Shown: positions 27,893 through 37,294 of the stretch, in pieces
How the letters are laid out: every line of letters starts with the position of its first letter
How positions within the stretch are numbered: position 1 is the first letter of the stretch
DNA from: an uncultured Candidatus Saccharibacteria bacterium
GTDB lineage: Bacteria; Patescibacteriota; Minisyncoccia; Phycocordibacterales; UBA918
DNA: 64,000 nucleotides
Direction of reading: 5' to 3'
Assembly (NCBI GenBank): GCA_964593375.1
Contig: CAZQIF010000001.1
Span: 6,405 to 70,404 of the forward strand
Notes under the pieces: model-generated
The model's database searches: none
Told to the model about the DNA's origin: nothing
What the model saw: the letters and a program-made list of their open reading frames with translations, nothing else
Position numbers and translations under genes: made by a program

Positions 27893-29851
27893 ATGAACAA
27901 GGAAACAATAAACATAATAGAAAATGAGTATGAGCAGACGGGTGCAAGTAAGCGTCAGAATGAATTTGGCATGCGTGAGATGCAAGTGCGAGCCTATGAA
28001 AAACGTAATAGTAATCATTTACTGATTAAAGCTCCACCTGCATCTGGTAAATCTCGGGCACTAATGTTTATTGCCTTGGACAAACTACACAATCAAGGTA
28101 AGAAGAAAGTAATTGTGGCGGTACCCGAAACTTCAATTGGTGCTTCATTTTCTAGTATCAAACTTACAGAAAACGGTTTCTATGCTGACTGGGTTGTAGA
28201 ACCGATGAATAATCTATGTGCAGGTACTTGTGATGATAAAAGTAAAGTTAAGGCTTTTGTTAGATTCATGAATGGTGAAGATCGAATACTTGTTTGTACT
28301 CACGCAACACTTCGCTTTGCTTTTGAGGAGATACCATCCAAAGATTTCAATGACTGCGTATTGGCAATTGATGAATTCCACCATGTCTCAACGAGTGATT
28401 CGAGTCGGCTAGGAGAATTGGTCAGAAATGTGATGCGTGATTCTAATGTTCAAATGATTGCAATGACCGGGTCATACTTTCGAGGTGATGCTGTGCCCAT
28501 ACTTCGTGCAGAGGATGAAATGAATTTTGATAAAGTCACTTACACTTACTACGAACAACTTAACGGGTATGAGTACTTGAAAACCCTGGGCATAGGTTAT
28601 CACTTCTATACCGGAAACTACCTCGATAAAGGCGCGCTCGATAGTGTGCTAGATACAACAAAGAAGACCATCATTCATATTCCAAATGTGAATTCAAAAG
28701 AGTCAACACAGATTGGTAAGGATGAAGAGGTGCAACATATCTACGGTATCATTGGTGAATGGATCGAACAGGATTCCGATACTGGTATAGAAATTTTAGA
28801 AACAGAAGATGGTAGAAAATTGAAGATCGCAAATCTTGTGGAGGATGAACCAATTCATAGAAGCAAGTTAGACAAATATCTAGCTGACGTGGCTCGAGAT
28901 AGTATCGATGGCGTAGACATTATCATCGCACTTGGTAAGGCAAAAGAAGGATTTGATTGGCCATTTTGTGAACAAGCACTCACCATCGGGTATCGAGCAA
29001 GTCTAACTGAAATCGTACAAATAATAGGTCGTTGCACGAGAGATAGCTACAACAAAAACCACGCACAGTTCACAAATTTAATCGTTCAACCAAATGGAAC
29101 ACAGGATGATGTACAGGTATCGGTCAATAACATGCTCAAGGCGATTACCGCTTCTTTACTCATGGAGCAGGTCCTCGCCCCTAACTTTACTTTCAAACCA
29201 AGGACATCCCCACGAGATAAAACTTCTGCAGGGGAGGTGTTTGTCAAAGGACTCAGACAACCAACGAATGAGAAGGTGAAAAGAATACTGGAAACCGAGT
29301 TGGAAGATTTAACTGCTGCTGTTCTGCAAGACACACAATATCAAAGGTCCGTAGCAGCAGACCATTCTCCTGAGTATCGCAAGCACTTGCAATCAAAAAT
29401 AATTCGAGAAAAACTGCCTGGTCTCACTGACGAGGAAGTGGAGACAACAAGACAGTATCTCGCTAGCAACCTGGCGTTTAAAACCGGAAAGATAACTGCA
29501 GATGGAGATAAGAAATTTATTACCATGGCAAATAGTTTCGTTAATCTTGATGATTTGACCATTGACTTGATTGATTCTGTGAACCCATTCCAGCATGCGT
29601 TTGAGGTTATTTCTAAAAAAGTAGGTGCTGATGTATTCAGGGTCATTCAGGATACGATTGCTGGTTCACGTATAGATATGTCAGACGAGGATGCACTTGT
29701 GCTCGTTCCTCAAATAGAGTCGTTTGTCGTCACTCACAATGGTCAACACCCAAAACTGAATTCAAACGACAAGAATGAGAAGTTACTAGCACAGGCAAAA
29801 GCGTATCTCACTGCTAGATATTCTCAAATCATGAGGGATAAGCAAAAATAA
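27893..29851 (+). CDS. SF2 helicase-family ATPase (DExH box), 652 aa
   Basis: Motif I APPASGKS, Ia VAVPETS, II DEFHH, III MTGS, VI QIIGRCTRD. The start codon lies 1 bp after the stop of the methyltransferase gene. Confidence 0.85.
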   Translation: MNKETINIIENEYEQTGASKRQNEFGMREMQVRAYEKRNSNHLLIKAPPASGKSRALMFIALDKLHNQGKKKVIVAVPETSIGASFSSIKLTENGFYADWVVEPMNNLCAGTCDDKSKVKAFVRFMNGEDRILVCTHATLRFAFEEIPSKDFNDCVLAIDEFHHVSTSDSSRLGELVRNVMRDSNVQMIAMTGSYFRGDAVPILRAEDEMNFDKVTYTYYEQLNGYEYLKTLGIGYHFYTGNYLDKGALDSVLDTTKKTIIHIPNVNSKESTQIGKDEEVQHIYGIIGEWIEQDSDTGIEILETEDGRKLKIANLVEDEPIHRSKLDKYLADVARDSIDGVDIIIALGKAKEGFDWPFCEQALTIGYRASLTEIVQIIGRCTRDSYNKNHAQFTNLIVQPNGTQDDVQVSVNNMLKAITASLLMEQVLAPNFTFKPRTSPRDKTSAGEVFVKGLRQPTNEKVKRILETELEDLTAAVLQDTQYQRSVAADHSPEYRKHLQSKIIREKLPGLTDEEVETTRQYLASNLAFKTGKITADGDKKFITMANSFVNLDDLTIDLIDSVNPFQHAFEVISKKVGADVFRVIQDTIAGSRIDMSDEDALVLVPQIESFVVTHNGQHPKLNSNDKNEKLLAQAKAYLTARYSQIMRDKQK

Positions 29852-29854
29852 TTC

Positions 29855-31021
29855 ATGTCTGACAAAGATTTTACAAAAGAATTACGCGAACTTTTTGAAT
29901 CAGAAGCCGGCGCCTTATTTATCCCGAAGGAGACACCCAGGAAACTTACTGTAGATGATAGATTAGCTGAGTCCTTCCAACAGATAATAAATTTTGTACA
30001 AGAAAATGATTGTAAACCAGAAATTGATTCACTAGACTTCAATGAGGCACTGCTATCAAAACGACTTGAATTGATAAAACATACACCAGAAAAAGTTCAA
30101 GCCTTAGAACAATATGATTCTTTAGGGTTGTTGGTACAGCCTGAAACACCAAAGAGTATTGAAGAGTTATTTGAAAAAGATGAGTTTGGACTTTTTAAAG
30201 GTGATGAGAACAAAATCTTCAACATTGAACACATCAAACAAAGGAAGGTTGTAAATCCAGTGGGAGAAAGAGCCACAAGGATTAAATCGGAAGACTTTGC
30301 TGAATTTGAAATAATCTTTAAAGATGCTCAGGAAAAGCTAAAGAGTGGAGATAATAAGCTCTTCGCATTTAAATCCGTCGAACAACTTCACGTAGGACAT
30401 CTTTATATTAACAGTGGACAAATGGTCTATGTTGCAAGTGAGGGTCAGATAGATGAAAAGGCTGGCTATAAGCAGCAGAGACTACGAGTGATTATTGAGA
30501 ATGGCACTGAATCGAACATGTATAGACGCTCCCTCGCTCAACGATTATATGAAGGTGGATATTGTGTAGTTGGTAACGAAGAATTATCTAGTGGTCTTCC
30601 TGATGAATCGGAAAAGATTAAAGGGTACATTTATGTCGTACGTTCTTTGAGTGAAAATTCAAAAATAAATACAATTGCAAATCTCTACAAAATTGGTTTT
30701 TCCAGAACACCGGTTTCTCAAAGAATTGCTAATGCAAAAATCGATCCTACCTACCTGATGTCTGAAGTGGATCTGGTTGAGAGTTACAGATTAACAGGAG
30801 ATTACAACCCACAAAAAGTAGAGGATATGATTCATAGGGTATTTTCAGATGTTGCCCTCGATATGAAGATAATTGATAACCAAGGTCGAGAGTATAAACC
30901 AAAGGAGTGGTATTCAGTACCAATTCATATTATTCGCGAAGTAGTTGATCTTATAGATTCTGGTGAGATTGTGAATTATGTTTATGATTCAAACCAGCAA
31001 AAGATGGAACTGGTAAAATAA
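29855..31021 (+). CDS. T5orf172 (MUG113/GIY-YIG-like) domain-containing protein, 388 aa
   Basis: C-terminal GYIYVVRSLSENSKINTIANLYKIGFSRTPVSQRIANAKIDP...EDMIHRVF...EWYSVPIHII fits the T5orf172 pattern (G.IYV....KIG.T.....R......EWF). The N-terminal 250 aa are unassigned. The start lies 3 bp after the helicase stop. Confidence 0.75.
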   Translation: MSDKDFTKELRELFESEAGALFIPKETPRKLTVDDRLAESFQQIINFVQENDCKPEIDSLDFNEALLSKRLELIKHTPEKVQALEQYDSLGLLVQPETPKSIEELFEKDEFGLFKGDENKIFNIEHIKQRKVVNPVGERATRIKSEDFAEFEIIFKDAQEKLKSGDNKLFAFKSVEQLHVGHLYINSGQMVYVASEGQIDEKAGYKQQRLRVIIENGTESNMYRRSLAQRLYEGGYCVVGNEELSSGLPDESEKIKGYIYVVRSLSENSKINTIANLYKIGFSRTPVSQRIANAKIDPTYLMSEVDLVESYRLTGDYNPQKVEDMIHRVFSDVALDMKIIDNQGREYKPKEWYSVPIHIIREVVDLIDSGEIVNYVYDSNQQKMELVK

Positions 31022-31190
31022 GCAACAAGAAATTTTTTGTATAGTAACTATATCAACCTTACCATGTGATTTTTATTTATTAAAAAAGTAATCGTGAATA
31101 GAATCTAGTTTACCTGATTGTGGACAAATATACGTTCATTAATTTAAAATTTGTAACATCAGTTGATGTGTTCGAAAAATTTGCATTCTT

Positions 31191-32507
31191 TCATTTAACT
31201 TTTTTTAGTTTGTGAAAATCTACGAGTGTCTTTCCGAGTCTGTCAATGACACCTACAACAAGAGCGTTTCCCATGAAGAAAGCTCTCCGCGCGTCGCCAT
31301 GTCCTTGTGTGTGATTGTCAGGGAACATGCACAGTCTTTCTAGTTCAAGTGGTGTGAGGCGTCGAAGACCTTTCTTAGTCTGAACCACATGTTTAAACCG
31401 TGATGGACTCTTTCCACCTTCTCCAGTAATTATAGTCCGAGAGGGTTTATCAAGTGGGTCAGGGAAGACCATACCTCCTTCTGTGTATATGAACTCAAAA
31501 CCATTTGCCGCCTTTCTTGGTTCATTCTTCGCTCCTTTTAAATACTCCCAACGTTTTAAATCATTCTCTGAAATATAGAAATCATCAGGAACATCCGTTT
31601 CATCTAACAAAATATCGCCGATTGTGATTGAGGACCCTTCATATTTTGGTTGTACCTTTACAGTGTGAATTTTGTAATCAAAAGCAATACCTGCGTTTTT
31701 AAATGGTGAATGATTAGGTTTGTAGGTTTCAAAATCATTAGAGATGATTACTGGGTCTGTGTGAAGATGTCTTGTTTGAACCTCAGAAGCAAATTCAACA
31801 GGAAAAGCTTTTGCAGTTAATCCTTTATCATGTAACCATGACTCGATAGAATTGTGAGCGACAAATTTCTCATGTATTGGAGAACCTTTCTTATATCCAA
31901 GTATAAAAATGCGCCTTCTTCTTTGTGGTAATCCATACTCAGCAGCGTTAATAACTCTCCACTCCACTACATACCCAAGTTCATTTAGAGTTGAAAGGAT
32001 AATTGCGAAATCACGACCGCGCTGTGAGGCTGGGGACTTAAGGAGACGGTCAACATTTTCCAACATAAGGTAGTTGGGTGATTTATCTCCCTTTTTTTTA
32101 AGAATATTATATATAGACCACCAAAGAACACCCTTCTTTCCTTCGAGTCCTTTAGCGGCAGAAAGATTTCTCGCAACAGAATAGTCCTGGCAAGGGAATC
32201 CACCAACAAGTAAATCGTGATCAGGAACCATATCAATGACCCGAGCGATATCCTTATTGGTATATTCATCAAAGTCACCAAAATTTCTCACATAAGTTTC
32301 ATGTGCATGCTGCTTCTTTGTTGAAGGTTCCCACTGATTGAACCAAATGGTTTCGTAGTGCTTGTGATGAGGCTTTCTGTTTCCCTTGTACCCCTCGAGC
32401 CCAAGTCGGAATCCCCCGACACCCGCAAATAATTCAACAACTTTCAAACTATCTGTTTTAGATTTTCTATTGATCTTTTTTTGATTTGTGGTGTTATTTT
32501 GTGTCAT
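31191..32507 (-). CDS. DNA (cytosine-5)-methyltransferase
   Basis: Motif I ELFAGVGGFRLGLEG, motif IV GGFPCQDYS, ENV (LMLENV), QRR (YGLPQRRRRIF). Confidence 0.9.
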   Translation of the reverse strand: MTQNNTTNQKKINRKSKTDSLKVVELFAGVGGFRLGLEGYKGNRKPHHKHYETIWFNQWEPSTKKQHAHETYVRNFGDFDEYTNKDIARVIDMVPDHDLLVGGFPCQDYSVARNLSAAKGLEGKKGVLWWSIYNILKKKGDKSPNYLMLENVDRLLKSPASQRGRDFAIILSTLNELGYVVEWRVINAAEYGLPQRRRRIFILGYKKGSPIHEKFVAHNSIESWLHDKGLTAKAFPVEFASEVQTRHLHTDPVIISNDFETYKPNHSPFKNAGIAFDYKIHTVKVQPKYEGSSITIGDILLDETDVPDDFYISENDLKRWEYLKGAKNEPRKAANGFEFIYTEGGMVFPDPLDKPSRTIITGEGGKSPSRFKHVVQTKKGLRRLTPLELERLCMFPDNHTQGHGDARRAFFMGNALVVGVIDRLGKTLVDFHKLKKVK

Positions 32508-32569
32508 TTAGTGCTAGCATTCTAACATGTGAGTTAAAAGTGATCAATCACTTACACCAACACACCACA

Positions 32570-33376
32570 ATGAACGCAAAAGATCAAGATAATGGTAATT
32601 TAAGTCTTGAATTAACGAGCAAACTTGCTGTAAATCTTGATGAACTCAAAACCAACGTCAGTGGTGTAAGAAGAATTGAAAGAGCAAAAGAGGCAATATC
32701 GTGGTCTTCTGGTTTAGCTTTAGAAAATCAACATTTTCATGAGATTTGGAAAGATAATAATGGTTTTTATTCTGTAAAAATGGCAAAGCCGGGTAAGGAG
32801 TTTTTTGAAACTGCAATCAGATATAAGGACGGTCACCGTGACAACAATCCAAATGATATGAGGCCGACGCTTTTTGTCGGTGCTGTACAGCAATCAAATT
32901 ATGCTACCTTCCAGGAAGTGTTTCATGAGCTCCAAATAACTTGGCGAAAAAGTGAATTTGCTGCTGAATTACTTGCTTGTCTTTTGTTTAGGTCTGCATT
33001 TATGGTTGATCATACAAAAAATAAATTTGGGGAAGAGGGCTACTGGAGATATGTCCCAAATCAAGATGTCGTTTCAATTCTCGAGTCAGAACTCAATTCA
33101 ATGCATGGCATCTCCTGTCTAGCTTTTTTGCATTATCTTGATGCTATAGGTTTAAATGAGGATGTGAAATATCTGACACTGGGTTACCCAATTCAACAAG
33201 GATACGGTAGACGTAACAACCTTCTTACTTATGTAAATATTCTCTCTATGTTTCTTGAGAGGGAGACTTTTGGAGCAGTGGCTGGTGCGTTTTCAAGACC
33301 CCCAGCTGGAGTTGCACCGATATCTCAAAGTAAAGCGATACAATTTTTCCCGTGGCTTTCAAGTGTTCCTCGCTAG
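32570..33376 (+). CDS. hypothetical protein, divergent from the C5-methyltransferase gene; candidate cognate Type II restriction endonuclease (positional inference only)
   Basis: The ORF track starts at TTG 32486 and overlaps the methyltransferase start. The first ATG (32570) gives a 63-bp divergent spacer. No recognisable motifs. The C-terminal 40 aa are low complexity. Confidence 0.4.
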   Translation: MNAKDQDNGNLSLELTSKLAVNLDELKTNVSGVRRIERAKEAISWSSGLALENQHFHEIWKDNNGFYSVKMAKPGKEFFETAIRYKDGHRDNNPNDMRPTLFVGAVQQSNYATFQEVFHELQITWRKSEFAAELLACLLFRSAFMVDHTKNKFGEEGYWRYVPNQDVVSILESELNSMHGISCLAFLHYLDAIGLNEDVKYLTLGYPIQQGYGRRNNLLTYVNILSMFLERETFGAVAGAFSRPPAGVAPISQSKAIQFFPWLSSVPR

Positions 33377-33435
33377 GATATTGACGTTGTCTTTCTTACA
33401 CAGTTTACTTTTATATAATATTTAGCTTAACTTAT

Positions 33436-34632
33436 ATGAATCAAATAATATGTCCACATTGTAAAAAGACTTTCACAATCGATGATGAGGGTTTCGCTAA
33501 TATCTTAGTGCAGGTACGTAACCAAGAGTTTGAGAAAGAGTTACATGAGCGTCTTGAGTTACTAGAGAAAGATAAAGAAAGTGCGATCAAATTATCAGAA
33601 GCAAGTTTAAAGAACCAACTACAAAGTGATTTAGCAATCAAAGATGCTGAGTTGGCGGAGTTGAAATCAAAAGTAAGTAACATTGAACTTGAGAAAAAAC
33701 TTGCCGTAACTGAAGCAGTGACTGCAATTGAAAAGGAGCGCGATGCTCTTTCATCTAAACTTCAAAACAAGGAGCATGAAAGTAAAATTCTTGAAGCCTC
33801 ACTGAAAGATAAATATGAAAGTGAACTGAAATTCAAGGATGAGACGATTGATCGCCTCAAAGATATGAAGTTGAAACTCAGCACAAAGATGGTTGGCGAG
33901 ACACTGGAACAACACTGTGAAACTGAATTTAATAAATTACGCGCCACAGGTTTCAAAAATGCTTATTTTGAAAAAGATAATGATTCAAAAACTGGTAGCA
34001 AAGGTGACTATATTTATCGCGAAGACGATGATTCAGGCAATGAGATTATCTCAATAATGTTTGAAATGAAAAATGAAAGTGATGAGACTACTACCAAGAA
34101 AAAGAATGAGGACTTTTTACGCGAACTTGATAAAGACCGTATTGAAAAGAAATGCGAGTTCGCTGTTCTTGTTTCGCTTTTAGAGTTAGACAGCGAACTA
34201 TACAACACCGGAATTGTCGATGTATTTCACAAGTATCCAAAAATGTATGTCGTTCGTCCACAATTTTTCATTCCAATCATAACCTTGTTACGCAACGCTG
34301 CCTTGAGTTCTCTTGAATACAAAGCAGAGCTTGCAGTAGTTCGAGCACAAAATATTGATATCACGAACTTCGAAGAAAATATGGAGGAGTTTAAAAGTGC
34401 ATTTGGTAAGAATTATGAACTATGGGGTCGAAAGTTTGGCGAAGCAATTGAAGGCATCGATAAGACAATTACTCAGCTAGAGAAAACAAAAGCTGCACTT
34501 CTTTCTTCAGAGAATAATCTTCGACTAGCAAATGGTAAAGCCCAAGACCTTACCATTAAAAAATTGACCCGAGGTAATCCTACAATGAAAGTAAAGTTTG
34601 AGGAGCTTTCAGATACTAAAAAGCCACTGTAA
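33436..34632 (+). CDS. DUF2130-like protein (N-terminal CxxC zinc ribbon, long coiled coil, conserved C-terminal domain)
   Basis: [13 protein letters not shown]..., then about 150 aa of coiled coil, then the C-terminal region ..[27 protein letters not shown].. typical of the family. The family name is recalled from memory. Confidence 0.65.
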   Translation: MNQIICPHCKKTFTIDDEGFANILVQVRNQEFEKELHERLELLEKDKESAIKLSEASLKNQLQSDLAIKDAELAELKSKVSNIELEKKLAVTEAVTAIEKERDALSSKLQNKEHESKILEASLKDKYESELKFKDETIDRLKDMKLKLSTKMVGETLEQHCETEFNKLRATGFKNAYFEKDNDSKTGSKGDYIYREDDDSGNEIISIMFEMKNESDETTTKKKNEDFLRELDKDRIEKKCEFAVLVSLLELDSELYNTGIVDVFHKYPKMYVVRPQFFIPIITLLRNAALSSLEYKAELAVVRAQNIDITNFEENMEEFKSAFGKNYELWGRKFGEAIEGIDKTITQLEKTKAALLSSENNLRLANGKAQDLTIKKLTRGNPTMKVKFEELSDTKKPL

Positions 34633-34634
34633 AA

Positions 34635-35006
34635 ATGAAAGCAAATAATAAAAGTATTTTAGGTCTACTAAACAGAGCAAAAATTTATGGCCTCCCAGAG
34701 GAAAAATTAAGGGAAATTTTACTGAGAGATAAAAACTGTATTTTTTGCGGTATAAAAATGAAGACTCACGTATCCTCTATTGGAACACCACGAGATAAAA
34801 AGACAATTGAGCATTTTAGTAATAAAGCTGAATGGGGAGAAGCGGTTGATGTCGGTATTTGTTGTGGTAGCTGCAATTCGAGTAAAAGTAATAAAAAAAT
34901 ATTTGATTGGTTTAAAACTAAATATTGCCTAGAACGAAATATCAATGAAAGAACAGTGGCAGAGCCAGTCAAAGATTATATTAAGAACAATAGTAAAAAG
35001 AGTTAA
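34635..35006 (+). CDS. HNH endonuclease family protein (small)
   Basis: CIFCGIKM...KTIEHFSNKAEWGEAVDVGICCGSCNSSK gives the CxxC...H...CxxC HNH/zinc-finger arrangement. The start lies 3 bp after the DUF2130 stop. Confidence 0.7.
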   Translation: MKANNKSILGLLNRAKIYGLPEEKLREILLRDKNCIFCGIKMKTHVSSIGTPRDKKTIEHFSNKAEWGEAVDVGICCGSCNSSKSNKKIFDWFKTKYCLERNINERTVAEPVKDYIKNNSKKS

Positions 35007-35052
35007 TAAGTATCATATAGTTCATCATATGTAACTAGTTTGAATAAGGAAT

Positions 35053-35358
35053 ATGGAAATCAAGAATAGCATTGAGGAAATAACTGAATTGGCTGAAAAA
35101 AGTGAGGAAGATACGTACATGGGATTAAAATACTCTATTTTGATGAGTGTTGTTGGAGCTTTATTATGTTATTACGCACATGGATTGTTATGGTGGGGAG
35201 GAGTTTTTTTGTTAGGACTTGCATTAAGGGATTTTTTTCAGAGAGAAGGATATCAAAAAGGATTCATCAGTGGATATGATGCCGGTGTTGAAGATGCGTC
35301 TCCAGATAGTACTGAATATAAAAACTGGTTATCCGGAAATGAGGACAGTCACGATTAA
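35053..35358 (+). CDS. hypothetical small membrane protein (101 aa)
   Basis: ORF with one or two hydrophobic helices. Confidence 0.5.
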   Translation: MEIKNSIEEITELAEKSEEDTYMGLKYSILMSVVGALLCYYAHGLLWWGGVFLLGLALRDFFQREGYQKGFISGYDAGVEDASPDSTEYKNWLSGNEDSHD

Positions 35359-35467
35359 TTTCAAAGTATCGGGCCACCTCACGGGTACTTCTTCCTTCGC
35401 GCACCATACGCACCGCCTGTGCGTGGAGACGTGGTAGTTTATCATTTGTGCAATATGTCATTTTCAT
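35267..35467 (-). mobile_element. transposase N-terminal helix-turn-helix fragment (remnant of an IS element; truncated)
   Basis: ..DKLPRLHAQAVRMVREGRSTREVARYFEI.. resembles the HTH of IS3/IS630-type transposase N-termini. Only about 66 aa are open and it overlaps the 3' end of the preceding gene, so it is a decayed remnant. Confidence 0.4.
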
Positions 35468-35580
35468 ACCTTAAGCCATATGTGATTACAAAGTACTGAA
35501 CAATTGCGATTGATTGACGAGCATCGATATAAATTGTATAGTTCTGTTGTTAGAGGTGGTAAATAACTCACATTTTTTAT

Positions 35581-37203
35581 ATGAAAAAGGCCATTATTTC
35601 GTTCGCCGTTGCACTCATTCTGGTACCATCAATTTCCTTTGCGGCAACACCTCCCAATATGGCCGCTCTAGAGGCACATAAAATTCAGATAATGGAGCAA
35701 CTTATCGTGCTTCTTAAAGCACAAATCGAACAGCTTGTTGCCATTCTCGCACAGCGTCAGATGGTTTTGGGGGTAAGCACAACTACTCTTACCTCCTCGC
35801 CTACTACAACCACTGAAACGACTGTCCCCATAGTTAAAAAGAAACGGTCTGGCGGTGGTGGAGGTGGTGGTTCTTCGCACAGCAATCCTCCCCCAGAACC
35901 GCTCGTTCTCGATATGACTGCGCTCGAGAATCATTTCACTATTTCTGCTAATTACCCACTCGACCCACAGTTCATCACAGTGACCCTTAACCAAGCACCT
36001 GAATATACAGAAATACCGACAGTGCTTTCACTCCATAGTGCTGTGAGTGATGGTTCATTTCAAGATATTGAACTCACCAAAGTACCAAACGAACTCGCAT
36101 ACACCGTTGATATGCGTGCACGACTTGGGGCTGGTTTGAGTTTTATTGGAGAGTTTGATGTAGTCTTCCCTGATGCTCTTCTTCCTGAAGTATTTGAGTA
36201 CACCACCTATTGGGACGGCAATGGTGTAACAAGAACTACTAGTATGACAAATCCGGGCTTAATAGGAGATGACCTCAATTTTATGCAATCAGCCGAAAAC
36301 CCAGATGCGATGACTTTTGCTCTTGATGAGGATGAAAAAGTTGAATACGGCATCTTCGCGTTTGACCTCTCCACTGTAGAGAGTGTTGGCTACGTTACTC
36401 TCAATCAAATTAGCATCAACGTTACTGTTGGAACATTCGCATCAGGATCAAATCTAGATACGCTTGTTAATGACTTTCGTATTGAAGTTGATGGAGTGTC
36501 TTATGATGCTGAACCATATGTAGGAACTGGTTCTTCTGCATTAATAACTTTTGACATAAATGGTGAGCTAGCAATCCTCAGAAATCAGACTGTAGCTGTC
36601 GTTCTATTTGCTGACTTCAATTCGATGGATAGTGTAGACGAGGGTTCGACAATAGTCGCTTCTGCCTCAGCATCAGGTATCAGTACCATCGAACCAATAA
36701 CGGTGGATGGAGGAACGGTCACGGGAGATACGCACACATTAAGGGTTAGTGGTGCTTTTAGTGAAGCAACCGATGAATCAGTATCAATGCAAGAAAATAG
36801 CGATTTTACTACTGAGGATAATTCAGGAATCTTCACCATTGAGTTTGATGTGACGGGATTTGGAACGGACTTGTACATCGATGATTCTGCTGTTCAGGGA
36901 ACGAATCTCGGTATCGAAGGAGTGAATTACTTAATGATGACAACGGATGGTGCAACGACCTCTGGTTCAGCGGTTGCGTCGGTTAGTTCTACTGCAAGTA
37001 ATGAAGGTGGGCGTTACTTAGTCTCTGAAGGTGAAACCGAAAGCTTTACACTTACCGTTGAGTATGACCCAGTGTCATCAGCATCGTATAGGATGCAACT
37101 ACACAGCTTGAACTTTAAGAACATAAATGGTGACCCCGACACACAGCAACTAACAATTCCTGTTGAGGATTATCGAACCAGCAATCTTGTGATTTTGAAT
37201 TAA
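35581..37203 (+). CDS. hypothetical secreted protein (signal peptide, Thr-rich linker, Gly8 tract, large beta-rich domain)
   Basis: MKKAIISFAVALILVPSISFAATP signal peptide. No family recognised. Confidence 0.75.
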   Translation: MKKAIISFAVALILVPSISFAATPPNMAALEAHKIQIMEQLIVLLKAQIEQLVAILAQRQMVLGVSTTTLTSSPTTTTETTVPIVKKKRSGGGGGGGSSHSNPPPEPLVLDMTALENHFTISANYPLDPQFITVTLNQAPEYTEIPTVLSLHSAVSDGSFQDIELTKVPNELAYTVDMRARLGAGLSFIGEFDVVFPDALLPEVFEYTTYWDGNGVTRTTSMTNPGLIGDDLNFMQSAENPDAMTFALDEDEKVEYGIFAFDLSTVESVGYVTLNQISINVTVGTFASGSNLDTLVNDFRIEVDGVSYDAEPYVGTGSSALITFDINGELAILRNQTVAVVLFADFNSMDSVDEGSTIVASASASGISTIEPITVDGGTVTGDTHTLRVSGAFSEATDESVSMQENSDFTTEDNSGIFTIEFDVTGFGTDLYIDDSAVQGTNLGIEGVNYLMMTTDGATTSGSAVASVSSTASNEGGRYLVSEGETESFTLTVEYDPVSSASYRMQLHSLNFKNINGDPDTQQLTIPVEDYRTSNLVILN

Positions 37204-37294
37204 AGGAAAATAGGGACAGTCATGATTAACTCATGGGCAAATCATAAGCACTTAGTCATGAGACGGCAAGAAGGAGTCCGTATATAATTCATAG

